The translations under genes were made by a program, and so were the position numbers. A stretch of DNA of 64,000 bases from an uncultured candidate division Zixibacteria bacterium (GTDB taxonomy: Bacteria; Zixibacteria; MSB-5A5; GN15; FEB-12), in assembly GCA_963806185.1 (NCBI GenBank), contig CAWDXE010000001.1, positions 256,001 to 320,000 on the forward strand. Reading direction: 5' to 3'. This document shows, piece after piece, positions 23,438 to 32,094 of the stretch (within the stretch, counting starts at the first letter, position 1; the number at the start of each line of letters is the position of its first letter). A model generated the notes under the pieces. That model saw nothing but the letters and a program-made list of their open reading frames with translations, made no database searches and was not told the DNA's origin.

Positions 23438-24127
23438 CTATTTTCGCATTTTTCTTTTCATCGCGCCCGCGCCGATCATCCCGACTGCAAAGAGAGCAAG
23501 AGTAGTCGGTTCGGGCACCGGCTGGTTGGGACAGGGAGACGCAGTTACGTTGACGGTTGCGTTTGAGCCGAACGGGCAGAAGAACTTGTCCGGCACATTG
23601 TTCGGGACCATACACGGATTAATATTCCCGGCAAACACAAGTCCGGCCTTTCCGGTACTCGGTGTCAGGAACTTGTAGTCGAACAGCAGAAGCCCGTCAA
23701 TATCCCACGAGTCAAACTTCGCACTAATCCAACTGGCGCCGGCCATGAGGTCGGAGTATGACGCCTTGCGCGTGAAGCTGAAATCCGGCAACGGAGTTGG
23801 ATGTCCCGGGACGGTGAGGTTCTTCACCGTCAGAGTCCACTTCCAGTCGCTGAGCGGATCTGCGATCATCCCCTCGATGGGCGCGGTGTCGGGCGCGTAG
23901 GCGAAGTCGAAGCCGACGCCGGCGGAGACGTTGAATTTCTTGCCAGTGGCGCCGTACGACAGACGCGGATCCAGTCCGAAAGTATTGACGACATCGCCCC
24001 CTTTGTCATAGGCGGCATAGCCCCTGAAGTTACTCGCGCTGAAGGCGAAACCGAACGCCTGCGACGGGAGTCCGGTAAGGGCGACAATTCCCAGGATCAG
24101 CACTGCGCTCAGGACGCGGTGTTTCAT
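23438..24127 (-). CDS. PEP-CTERM sorting domain surface protein
   Basis: GGAGG RBS, signal peptide MKHRVLSAVLILG..., C-terminus VPEPTTLALFAVGMIGAGAMKRKMRK. Confidence 0.9.
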   Translation of the reverse strand: MKHRVLSAVLILGIVALTGLPSQAFGFAFSASNFRGYAAYDKGGDVVNTFGLDPRLSYGATGKKFNVSAGVGFDFAYAPDTAPIEGMIADPLSDWKWTLTVKNLTVPGHPTPLPDFSFTRKASYSDLMAGASWISAKFDSWDIDGLLLFDYKFLTPSTGKAGLVFAGNINPCMVPNNVPDKFFCPFGSNATVNVTASPCPNQPVPEPTTLALFAVGMIGAGAMKRKMRK

Positions 24128-24186
24128 GGTTCCTCCGATTTTTAGCGACAGGTTGACAGTTGGCATATTTATCTGGGCAGTACAGC

Positions 24187-24201
24187 GCAACCAGCGTGCC
24201 G
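24187..24201 (-). promoter_or_regulatory. sigma54 -24/-12 promoter of the PEP-CTERM gene
   Basis: Minus strand CGGCACG-CTGG-TTGC, about 60 nt upstream of the ATG. Confidence 0.75.
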
Positions 24202-24342
24202 TTTTGGAAACCGACAGAGGGTCTTGTAATAGCGGGAGTTAGCGAACAATCAGGGATGAGTTGACGCAGGCAATTGCACAACCAACTCGGACAGAACTCA
24301 GGTTTAGCAGGAAGTTCAGGAAGTGAACAGCAGTTCGCCGGC

Positions 24343-24873
24343 TTATCGGTTAGAAATGATCTTCTTACTCATCACTACGCTGCGATAGTTCGTCACGTCC
24401 CACTGCATGTATTCTACGAAGCGATAACCGAGGCGAGTATACCATTCGATCAAGTGCGTCGCCGGTTCAGCGGTATCGAGCGCGAGCTCGGCGGCATTGT
24501 TGTCGCGCGCACAGTATTCGGCCGCAAGCATCAGCCTGGCGGCGATGCCCTGTCGTTGGTGTCGCGGCTCGACACCCATCTGACCGATCACTGCGACATC
24601 GGGGCGCGACATCCACGGCGTGGGTTTGCCGATTTCCTTGGGATAAAACGTAATCGTGCCGACCATGCGGCCATCGAGCTCGGCGATCAAACAGATGCCT
24701 TTGGCGATGCGCTTGCGGGTGACATGGACGTCCTGATACGTAGCGACAAATTTCAAGCCGAGGTTGGCGAGATAGGCATACGCCCGGTGCAGCAATTCTG
24801 TAAGTTCTTCGAGGGAATCAGTATCGGTGAAGGGACGAATGATGACGCGATCAGCTGTAGAATCCGATGTCAT
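24343..24873 (-). CDS. GNAT family N-acetyltransferase
   Basis: QMGVEPRHQRQGIA; LDTAEPATHLIEWYTRLGY; ATGA overlap with the upstream symporter. Confidence 0.85.
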   Translation of the reverse strand: MTSDSTADRVIIRPFTDTDSLEELTELLHRAYAYLANLGLKFVATYQDVHVTRKRIAKGICLIAELDGRMVGTITFYPKEIGKPTPWMSRPDVAVIGQMGVEPRHQRQGIAARLMLAAEYCARDNNAAELALDTAEPATHLIEWYTRLGYRFVEYMQWDVTNYRSVVMSKKIISNR

Positions 24874-26243
24874 GCCAGACCGGCCTCCTCGTCGGACAAT
24901 TTCGGCATGAGTCGATGTCCCTCGGAGCGGGCGACGTAGGTGGCGGCGGTCAAATCGCCGGTCACGTTGAGCGTCGTGCGGCACATATCGAGAATACGGT
25001 CGACGCCCAGAATGATCGCGATGAGCGCGGGGTTCACACCGACTGTCGCGAGGACGATGATGATAAACGGTATGGAGCCGGAGGGCACGCCGGCGGTGCC
25101 GATGCCGCCGAGAATCGCCAGATAGGCGACCATGATCTGCTGGCCGAGGGAAAGATCGATGCCCGCCAACTGCGCCAGAAACAAGACGGTGACGCCCTCA
25201 TAGAGAGCGGTGCCGTTCTGATTGGCCGTCGCGCCGATAGTGAGCACGAAATTATTGATTTCACGCGGGACGCCGAGATTGCGTTCGGAGACGGCGAGAG
25301 CGGTCGGCAGGGTGGCATTCGACGACGACGTGGAGAAGGCTGTGACCATTACCGTCTTGATGCGCCGGAAAAACTCCAGCGGCGAGATTCGCGACAACAG
25401 CGCTATCGAAAGGGAATAGACGCCGAACATATGCAGGCTCAGGCCGAGCAGGACGGTGAGCACGAACCAGCCCAGCGCGCCGAGCAGGTCGACACCAAAT
25501 TGCGCGATATTCGTAAAGAGAAGACATGCCACCGCGTAAGGAGCGAATTTCATGATGATGTCGATGATCTTCGCCGACAGCGCGTAGAGTGATTCGAGAA
25601 TATTCAGGAATGGCGAGGCAGTAGCCGGGGCGATGAGAGTTGCGGCAATGCCGAGAATCAGCGCAAAGAACATCAGGTGAAGCATGTTGGGCGTTTCGCT
25701 GGCGACGGCGGCGATCGGATTGGAGGGGATAGCTGACTTGATGATCTGCATCACCGGCGAATCGCTGCCAGCGGACTTCTGCGCAGCTTCTACTCGTTTT
25801 GACGCCTCCGTTCCGTATCGTTGCTCCAAAGCCTGAGCAGTCGATTGATCCACCCGCTTGCCGGGGTTTATCGTATTCGCAAGCGTGATACCAATTACCA
25901 CCGAGATGGCAGAAATCACAAGGGTGTAGACAAACGACTTGACACCAACTCGCCCGAGTGTCCGCAGATCGCCGATGCCGGCGACTCCGACGACCAGCGA
26001 AGAGAAGACCAGCGGGATGACGGTCATCAGGAGCAGGCGAAGAAATATCTGACCGATCGGTTCGGTAAGATAGCGAATGACCCAAACGGTCAGCGTGCTG
26101 CTTCCATTTCCGGAGAGATTGACGATCAGCCCGGCGGCCGCGCCTGCTCCCAAGCCGAGGAGGATCTTGGTATGCAGAGGAACCTTCTTGCGCCTCGGCG
26201 AGGCCGAATGGGGAGAATCAGGGCTGGAGGAAGAGCGAGCCAT
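24870..26243 (-). CDS. Dicarboxylate/amino acid:cation symporter (DAACS, GltP-like)
   Basis: AFSTSSSNATLP, GATANQNGTALY, GTAGVPSG, DRILDMCRTTLNVTGD. Confidence 0.95.
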   Translation of the reverse strand: MARSSSSPDSPHSASPRRKKVPLHTKILLGLGAGAAAGLIVNLSGNGSSTLTVWVIRYLTEPIGQIFLRLLLMTVIPLVFSSLVVGVAGIGDLRTLGRVGVKSFVYTLVISAISVVIGITLANTINPGKRVDQSTAQALEQRYGTEASKRVEAAQKSAGSDSPVMQIIKSAIPSNPIAAVASETPNMLHLMFFALILGIAATLIAPATASPFLNILESLYALSAKIIDIIMKFAPYAVACLLFTNIAQFGVDLLGALGWFVLTVLLGLSLHMFGVYSLSIALLSRISPLEFFRRIKTVMVTAFSTSSSNATLPTALAVSERNLGVPREINNFVLTIGATANQNGTALYEGVTVLFLAQLAGIDLSLGQQIMVAYLAILGGIGTAGVPSGSIPFIIIVLATVGVNPALIAIILGVDRILDMCRTTLNVTGDLTAATYVARSEGHRLMPKLSDEEAGLA

Positions 26244-26494
26244 CGATGCAAATATCCAAAACGGAAAGTCGGTTGACAAGTTAAAGCGAGTCAATTGAAC
26301 CAATACTGCGCCGACGGTTCATCGGGAATCTTCCATGATCATTCCAATCCACCTGACCTTAATGTATGGGCGGACGCCCATTCTCGTTACTCAAGCGGCT
26401 GACCAGCCGCAACAGTTCATCCGCGAACAACAGTAAGTCCCTTGCCCGCCAAGAGCATAGCCGGGCCGTTGAGAAACGACAGCTTCGGCACGGA

Positions 26495-26510
26495 GGGCAG
26501 GAGCCTTGCA
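26495..26510 (+). promoter_or_regulatory. Possible sigma54 promoter of the C25 peptidase gene
   Basis: GGGCAGG-AGCC-TTGCA (GG-N10-GC spacing), about 75 nt before the GTG start. Confidence 0.4.
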
Positions 26511-26584
26511 CTATTGGTGTGAAGGTTCAGGGTGAAACAGCACCTACAGGCAGGCACTGGAGGCGCGAAAGGGGAGCAAGAGAC

Positions 26585-28864
26585 GTGGTCCGAATTCTAC
26601 TGACTTTAACTTTGTTGGTCGCGACAGTCGAGGCCGAGAATCAGGCGACGTTGATGTTGTCACCCGATCTGGTCTCGGCAGATGTTTCGACGGGCACTTT
26701 CGACTACCCGAGTTTCCCCAAGATTACGGTTTCCGGTGGGCTGCGCCTGTCAGCGCAGGTTGTCTTCGTTCCGCTCAGTTCCGACCAACATGCCGACGAC
26801 GTTACGTATCAATCAACGACCGATACGCTTGGTGTTATTCCGGCAGGCAATCTGACAGACATTCCAACATCGCTCGAACCGGAACGATATGATGCGATCG
26901 TCACCCGGGCGGCGGTCAATCGCCCCGGCCAATCGGCAGTCGAAGTAATAGATGAGACGACAATAGCGGGCGAGCGATACGCCAGAGTACTGATCTTTCC
27001 GGTGTCGGTCGACGCAAATGGTTTGGTCTCCTTCAATCGAGAGGTCTCGGTTCGCGTCGGTGGCATTCTGCTGACATCTCAACAACTGCTCACTGCCGAA
27101 GCGGCTGCAAGCATCGCCACGGCGACACCCGAATTGACTTCGGGAGGCAGTGGGCCGGAATACCTGATTGTGACAACTTCAATCCTGACACCGGCTATAC
27201 AACGACTGGCCGACTTCAAAATAGCACTGGGGATTACGACCGAGGTGCGGTTGGTCGACGACATGGTCGCCGCCCAAACCGGCCGTGATACAGCCGAACG
27301 ACTGAGGGAAGCGTTGAAAGCGGCGTACCAATCGGGCACCCGGTATGTCCTGCTCGCCGGGGACGAGACGCTGCTTCCCGTCCGGTATGCCTATCCATAC
27401 ACAGTGACTCCCCCGCCGACATTTGACGAGACGCCGATCTGCGATCTTTACTTTGCCGATGTCAACGGCGATTGGAATGCCGACAATGACGATCAATGGG
27501 GCGAGCGGTACTTCGACCAGGTCGACCAGACGCCGGAGTTGATGGTGGGGCGACTTCCCTTTTCGACGCTTGTCGAAGCCGAAAACTACGTTGAAAAGCT
27601 GATTGTCTACGAGACCGATCCGGGACGCGGCAACCGGTCGTACCTCGAGAACGTGATGTTCTTCTGTTCAGATCAGATGCGCGACACGTCGTACGGCCTT
27701 CAGCACCAGTATGTCGCGGCAGGTTTTTCCGGCGAATTGTCGGTCGATACCATTACCGGGCTCGAGCAGAGCACTGGTGATGATCCGTCCCCGACAAATC
27801 TCGCGGCTCCGGAGATGGTGGGAGTACTCGACGCCGGATATGGATTCGTGAACGTGCTGGCTCACGGCGCGGCGGGGCAGTTTGCGGTAAAGACGGCCAA
27901 ATACAACACGTCGCCGAAATCGTGCATCGTGACCGATTCGACAATTCCGGGACACGGGCCGATAACCGAGCTCATGCCGAATGATTACACCGGTTTCTGG
28001 TATTCGGCGGCTTGCGACAATGGAGCCTTTGATATGGACCTTCCCCCCTACCCGTATCCATCGCCAAGTCTCGTCCAGACCCTGCTCGGACTGAGGCGTG
28101 CGGGGGCCGTGGCCATGATTGCGTACTCGCGGTACGGATGGGTGGCACTCAGTTACCTTCAACAGCGGACATTCGTTGATTCTCTGTTTGCCCATCCGGA
28201 TCGGCCGGCGATTGAAGCGTTTTATGCCGAGAAAGCTGTGCATGCGTCGTATCGCGATCTGGTATACGGCCAGAATTTCTACGGTGACCCGACGCTGCAC
28301 ATATATACGTCCGCACCGCAGCCGCTGGTCACGCAAACGCATCTGGACGGCACCGACCTGATGGTAAGGGTCGTATCCGCCGGCACGCCGGTCGCCGGAG
28401 CAAAGATCATCGTCAGTTCTAATGGCATTTGTCAGGGGCAATACATCACCGGGATGTCGGGAGAGGTCAACCTCGCTCAGAGTCTCACCGGAGCGAGTGC
28501 ATTTACGATCGCAGCAGTGAAGTCGGGGTATAGCTCGAATCTGTTAACATACATTCCGGCAATTGGCACCGACGTAGAAGGAGGTGAGGACAATTTGCCC
28601 GCGACGTTCGCGTTGTCGCAGAACTATCCCAATCCGTTTAACCCATCGACCAGTATACATTTCTCGTTGCCGACCGCCGCGCATGTGAGACTGATTGTCT
28701 ACAACGTGCTCGGGCAAGCGTTGGCAACACTGCTGGACGGCGAGCAGCGCGCGGGTGAGCACGAAGTAACGTGGGACGGGTCCACCGCGGCGAGTGGAGT
28801 CTATTATTACCGCCTTGAGGCGGGTGATTTCGTCCAGACCAAGAAGATGGTTCTGCTCAGGTAG
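26585..28864 (+). CDS. C25 (gingipain) family cysteine peptidase with T9SS-type C-terminal domain
   Basis: Signal peptide; YVLLAGD, DLYFAD, VGRLP, LAHG (His), SAACDNG (Cys), FYGDP; LSQNYPNPFNPST...KKMVLLR. Confidence 0.88.
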   Translation: MVRILLTLTLLVATVEAENQATLMLSPDLVSADVSTGTFDYPSFPKITVSGGLRLSAQVVFVPLSSDQHADDVTYQSTTDTLGVIPAGNLTDIPTSLEPERYDAIVTRAAVNRPGQSAVEVIDETTIAGERYARVLIFPVSVDANGLVSFNREVSVRVGGILLTSQQLLTAEAAASIATATPELTSGGSGPEYLIVTTSILTPAIQRLADFKIALGITTEVRLVDDMVAAQTGRDTAERLREALKAAYQSGTRYVLLAGDETLLPVRYAYPYTVTPPPTFDETPICDLYFADVNGDWNADNDDQWGERYFDQVDQTPELMVGRLPFSTLVEAENYVEKLIVYETDPGRGNRSYLENVMFFCSDQMRDTSYGLQHQYVAAGFSGELSVDTITGLEQSTGDDPSPTNLAAPEMVGVLDAGYGFVNVLAHGAAGQFAVKTAKYNTSPKSCIVTDSTIPGHGPITELMPNDYTGFWYSAACDNGAFDMDLPPYPYPSPSLVQTLLGLRRAGAVAMIAYSRYGWVALSYLQQRTFVDSLFAHPDRPAIEAFYAEKAVHASYRDLVYGQNFYGDPTLHIYTSAPQPLVTQTHLDGTDLMVRVVSAGTPVAGAKIIVSSNGICQGQYITGMSGEVNLAQSLTGASAFTIAAVKSGYSSNLLTYIPAIGTDVEGGEDNLPATFALSQNYPNPFNPSTSIHFSLPTAAHVRLIVYNVLGQALATLLDGEQRAGEHEVTWDGSTAASGVYYYRLEAGDFVQTKKMVLLR

Positions 28865-28918
28865 ATGAGCGGATCGTTTTCTGTTTACAAGGAGCGAATC
28901 AGGCCATAGACTTCAGGT

Positions 28919-30688
28919 GTGCCTGGAATATTCCTCAGAGTTCGACGATCAGCGCCGACGCAATCGGCTCCGCTGGCTGCGCCACGGCCGCCGGCTTCCT
29001 CACAGCCGCTCTCCGTACAGACCATAAGTGCATCGAACTTGTCCCGACTGGACATATTGGACCATTCGGGATATCCAGTGTCGGAGTACGATACCGACAA
29101 TCATCAGCTCATCGTCGAGGGCGAGATCGTATCGCTCCAGACGATCAGCCCGGTACAAGACTTTGCAGCACTCGCCCGGATACTGCTGCATGAACCCCGG
29201 CCTGAAATCGCGGCGTTGCGCGAATGGCAGCGCAATCATACGGGCGAGTATGTTATTGCGGGTCATCGAAGGGGAAGCGATCAGTGGGTGCTGCTCACCG
29301 ATGCACTGGGTCGGTTGCCGTCATACTATCTGGTTGATGACGATGGTGTGACGATTGGGCGTGACATCCAGGCCGTCGTAGGTGGTCGCACGGCAATCGA
29401 TCGCCTGTCGTTGGCACAGTATCTATTATTCGGGTATCCAATCGGATTTCGGACACTGTTCGCCGGGATGAAGCGGGTTCCGCCGGGATCCTGTCTGATA
29501 GTTGGGGCGGAGGGACAACTGCAGATCGATCCGATATCGACGCTGAATTTGCAGGATGAGTCGTCGGAGAATTATGACGCCCAATTGGAGCGCATAGAGT
29601 CTGCGTTTGTGGCGGCATGCCAACAGCTTGGGCGGGATGAGCGACGCGTACTGGTATCGTTGAGTGGCGGGCTCGATTCGCGGAGTGTTGCCGGCGGGCT
29701 GGTGCGGGCCGGGGTGTCGTTTTCGGCGGTTACGTTTGTCACGCAAGACAATCAGACTTCGCGAGATGCCGCACGGGCAGAAGAGGTGATGAGGACGCTC
29801 GGGTTGCCATGGCAGCTCATGCAGTTGGGGCAGGCGGATGAGGCGGCGCGAGAGGAGATAATCGCCGCCAAAGCGGGGCTGGTGTATCTGGGGCAGGCGT
29901 ATGATGTCGAGTTTTTCAGGCGACTTCGCGGGGCGTTCGGCGACCAGGTTACATTTGTGTCCGGCGACGGCGGTGACAAGTGCCTGCCGTATTTGCTGCC
30001 GGCCAGGCGCCTGACCGGCATTTCGGAGCTGGTCGATTTCATTGTAGCGACGCAAACGCTGTTGTCGTTGGCCGAAGTCTCGGAGTTAACCGGAGTGGCT
30101 CAGGATGACATCAGAGCGAGCATTCGTGACACGGTCGACGCGTATCCCGAGAGTTCTCCTGACTACAAGTATTTCCGCTTCCTAATCTCCGAACGGGCAA
30201 TGCAGTGGTTGTTTGAGGGCGAGGATCGCAACCGGTATCAATTCTGGGCGACGACGCCGTGTTACCGGGAACCCTTTTTCAGTGCTGTCATGCAGTGCCC
30301 GCAACGGTTCAAGCGACGGCATCGATTGTATCGCGACTTTCTGGAGCGCCTCTCCCCTGCGCTGGCAGGTATCCCGGACGCCAATCGTGGCATGGCGCCG
30401 AGGTCGTGGAAATTTACTGCGTATCTTCAGGTGGCGGATTTGATGAAGAAGTTTCCGGGGTTGGCGGCGAAGGCACGGTCGCTGCGCAAAGGAAGGTCAA
30501 GGGCACTGACTGTCGCAGCCGATGAAGGCGGCGACAGGGCGGCCACCGGAAATCGCGAGAAGCTGGCTCAGTATGTCAATGTCGAATGTTATCAGCGATT
30601 GCTTGCGCCAGGGGCAGAAACGGGGGCGGCTGCGCGGGATCTGCTGAAGACGCTAGAGAATCTCGTCAATCGAATGGCGAGGCGATGA
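28919..30688 (+). CDS. Asparagine synthetase-related protein (N-terminus MPG, no glutaminase Cys)
   Basis: TDALGRLPSYY, RVPPGS, LSGGLDSR PP-loop, SGDGGD. Confidence 0.8.
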   Translation: MPGIFLRVRRSAPTQSAPLAAPRPPASSQPLSVQTISASNLSRLDILDHSGYPVSEYDTDNHQLIVEGEIVSLQTISPVQDFAALARILLHEPRPEIAALREWQRNHTGEYVIAGHRRGSDQWVLLTDALGRLPSYYLVDDDGVTIGRDIQAVVGGRTAIDRLSLAQYLLFGYPIGFRTLFAGMKRVPPGSCLIVGAEGQLQIDPISTLNLQDESSENYDAQLERIESAFVAACQQLGRDERRVLVSLSGGLDSRSVAGGLVRAGVSFSAVTFVTQDNQTSRDAARAEEVMRTLGLPWQLMQLGQADEAAREEIIAAKAGLVYLGQAYDVEFFRRLRGAFGDQVTFVSGDGGDKCLPYLLPARRLTGISELVDFIVATQTLLSLAEVSELTGVAQDDIRASIRDTVDAYPESSPDYKYFRFLISERAMQWLFEGEDRNRYQFWATTPCYREPFFSAVMQCPQRFKRRHRLYRDFLERLSPALAGIPDANRGMAPRSWKFTAYLQVADLMKKFPGLAAKARSLRKGRSRALTVAADEGGDRAATGNREKLAQYVNVECYQRLLAPGAETGAAARDLLKTLENLVNRMARR

Positions 30689-30708
30689 GTATCCCGCTCA
30701 CTGTTGAA

Positions 30709-32094
30709 CTACTTATGTATCCGCTTCAGAAATTCTTCTATCTCGGGGACGCCGCCCTGGAAGATCAGGTAGCCGTTATACGGTTCGCGTTCGGTGATTT
30801 CGCCGCAAATCGGTTTGAGCATTAGCTCCGTCACCTTCGCCAGGTCATCCGTCTGTCCCAACGCCCACCCCAGCTTAATGTAGGCCACCTCGGGAAGCAT
30901 GTTCTCCAGCGGAATGATTCCCTTCGCCATGAGGTCACGGCCGGTGTCGTACACATACATGTGCACGTATCCCCAAAGGGTCTGGACCGTCATGTAGACG
31001 CAGATTCCCTTGTCGCGGGCCCGTTCAATGGCCGGATAGAGGGGCTTATTGATATGCCCGAGACCGGTGCCGGCGATAACAATGCCGCGGTATCCGTTGT
31101 CAATGAGAGCGTCGATAATGTCCGGGCGCATGGCCGGGTAGTAATAGACGATGGCGACTTTCTCTTCGAAATAGGGCAGGATGGTGACATTGCGATCTTT
31201 GCGGCGGCGATTGTAATCGTCGCGCAGCGGCGTGATCGTCTTGGTGTCAACCATTGCCAATGGTATGTCGCCGATGGTACGGAAGGTGGAGCGATACGAC
31301 GAGTGCATCTTGCGTACGCGCATGCCGCGATGCAGCAGGCCGTATTCGTCGGAAGTCGGGCCGAACATGCAGACCATCACCTCGGCGATATCCGATTCGG
31401 CGGCAGTTTTGGTGGCGTGCTGAAGATTGAGGGCGGCGTCGGATGACGGACGATCCGATGATCGCTGCGAACCGACCATGACAATCGGCACGGGAGAATT
31501 CTGGACCATGAAGCCGAGGGCAGCCGCGGTATGGTGCATGGTGTCGGTGCCGTGGCCGATGACGATACCATCCACGCCTTTTTCGATCTCGCGACCGATG
31601 GCGATGGCCAGCGCCTTGTACTGTTCCGGCCCCATGTTTTCGCTGAAGACGGCAAATAATTTCTCGGTGCTCAGATTGCAGATGTCGGCCAGTTCGGGGA
31701 CGGCGCCGTACAGCTCGCCCGGTGAAAAGGCAGGAATAACGGCGCCGGTACGGTAATCGAGACGCGAGGCGATCGTTCCACCGGTGCCGAGCAATTTGAC
31801 ATAGGGCTTTCCCTTGGAGATCGGGAATTCTTTTTCGGGGATTTTGTAGTGGGCTTCCTTGTACCCCAGCTCTTTCATGTCGGTGATGGTGTCAACGGCG
31901 ATGCCGACGTTGTACCCGGAGGCGAGCTTGATGACAATATGCTGATCGTCGTCGTTCTCTGAGCGCGGCAGCAGGATCCCGCGGAATTCGCCCCGGGTTG
32001 TCGACACGGCCGTATCGCCCCAGACGCGGGCGCTGAATTTGGTGAGCACGCCGAGCGAGGCGCCCTTATACCCCTTAAATGCTTCAGCGGCCAT
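30709..32094 (-). CDS. gatD: Glu-tRNA(Gln) amidotransferase subunit D (archaeal type)
   Basis: GatD N-domain (GILLPR...IKLASGYNVGI), GTGGTIASRLDYRTGAV, HGTDTM, GSQRSSDRPSSDA, RKMHSSYRSTF, MLPEVAYIKL. Confidence 0.92.
   Translation of the reverse strand: MAAEAFKGYKGASLGVLTKFSARVWGDTAVSTTRGEFRGILLPRSENDDDQHIVIKLASGYNVGIAVDTITDMKELGYKEAHYKIPEKEFPISKGKPYVKLLGTGGTIASRLDYRTGAVIPAFSPGELYGAVPELADICNLSTEKLFAVFSENMGPEQYKALAIAIGREIEKGVDGIVIGHGTDTMHHTAAALGFMVQNSPVPIVMVGSQRSSDRPSSDAALNLQHATKTAAESDIAEVMVCMFGPTSDEYGLLHRGMRVRKMHSSYRSTFRTIGDIPLAMVDTKTITPLRDDYNRRRKDRNVTILPYFEEKVAIVYYYPAMRPDIIDALIDNGYRGIVIAGTGLGHINKPLYPAIERARDKGICVYMTVQTLWGYVHMYVYDTGRDLMAKGIIPLENMLPEVAYIKLGWALGQTDDLAKVTELMLKPICGEITEREPYNGYLIFQGGVPEIEEFLKRIHK

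Noticed and set aside
28919..30688. Lasso peptide cyclase
   Set aside because: No B1/B2 genes or lasso-type precursor nearby.
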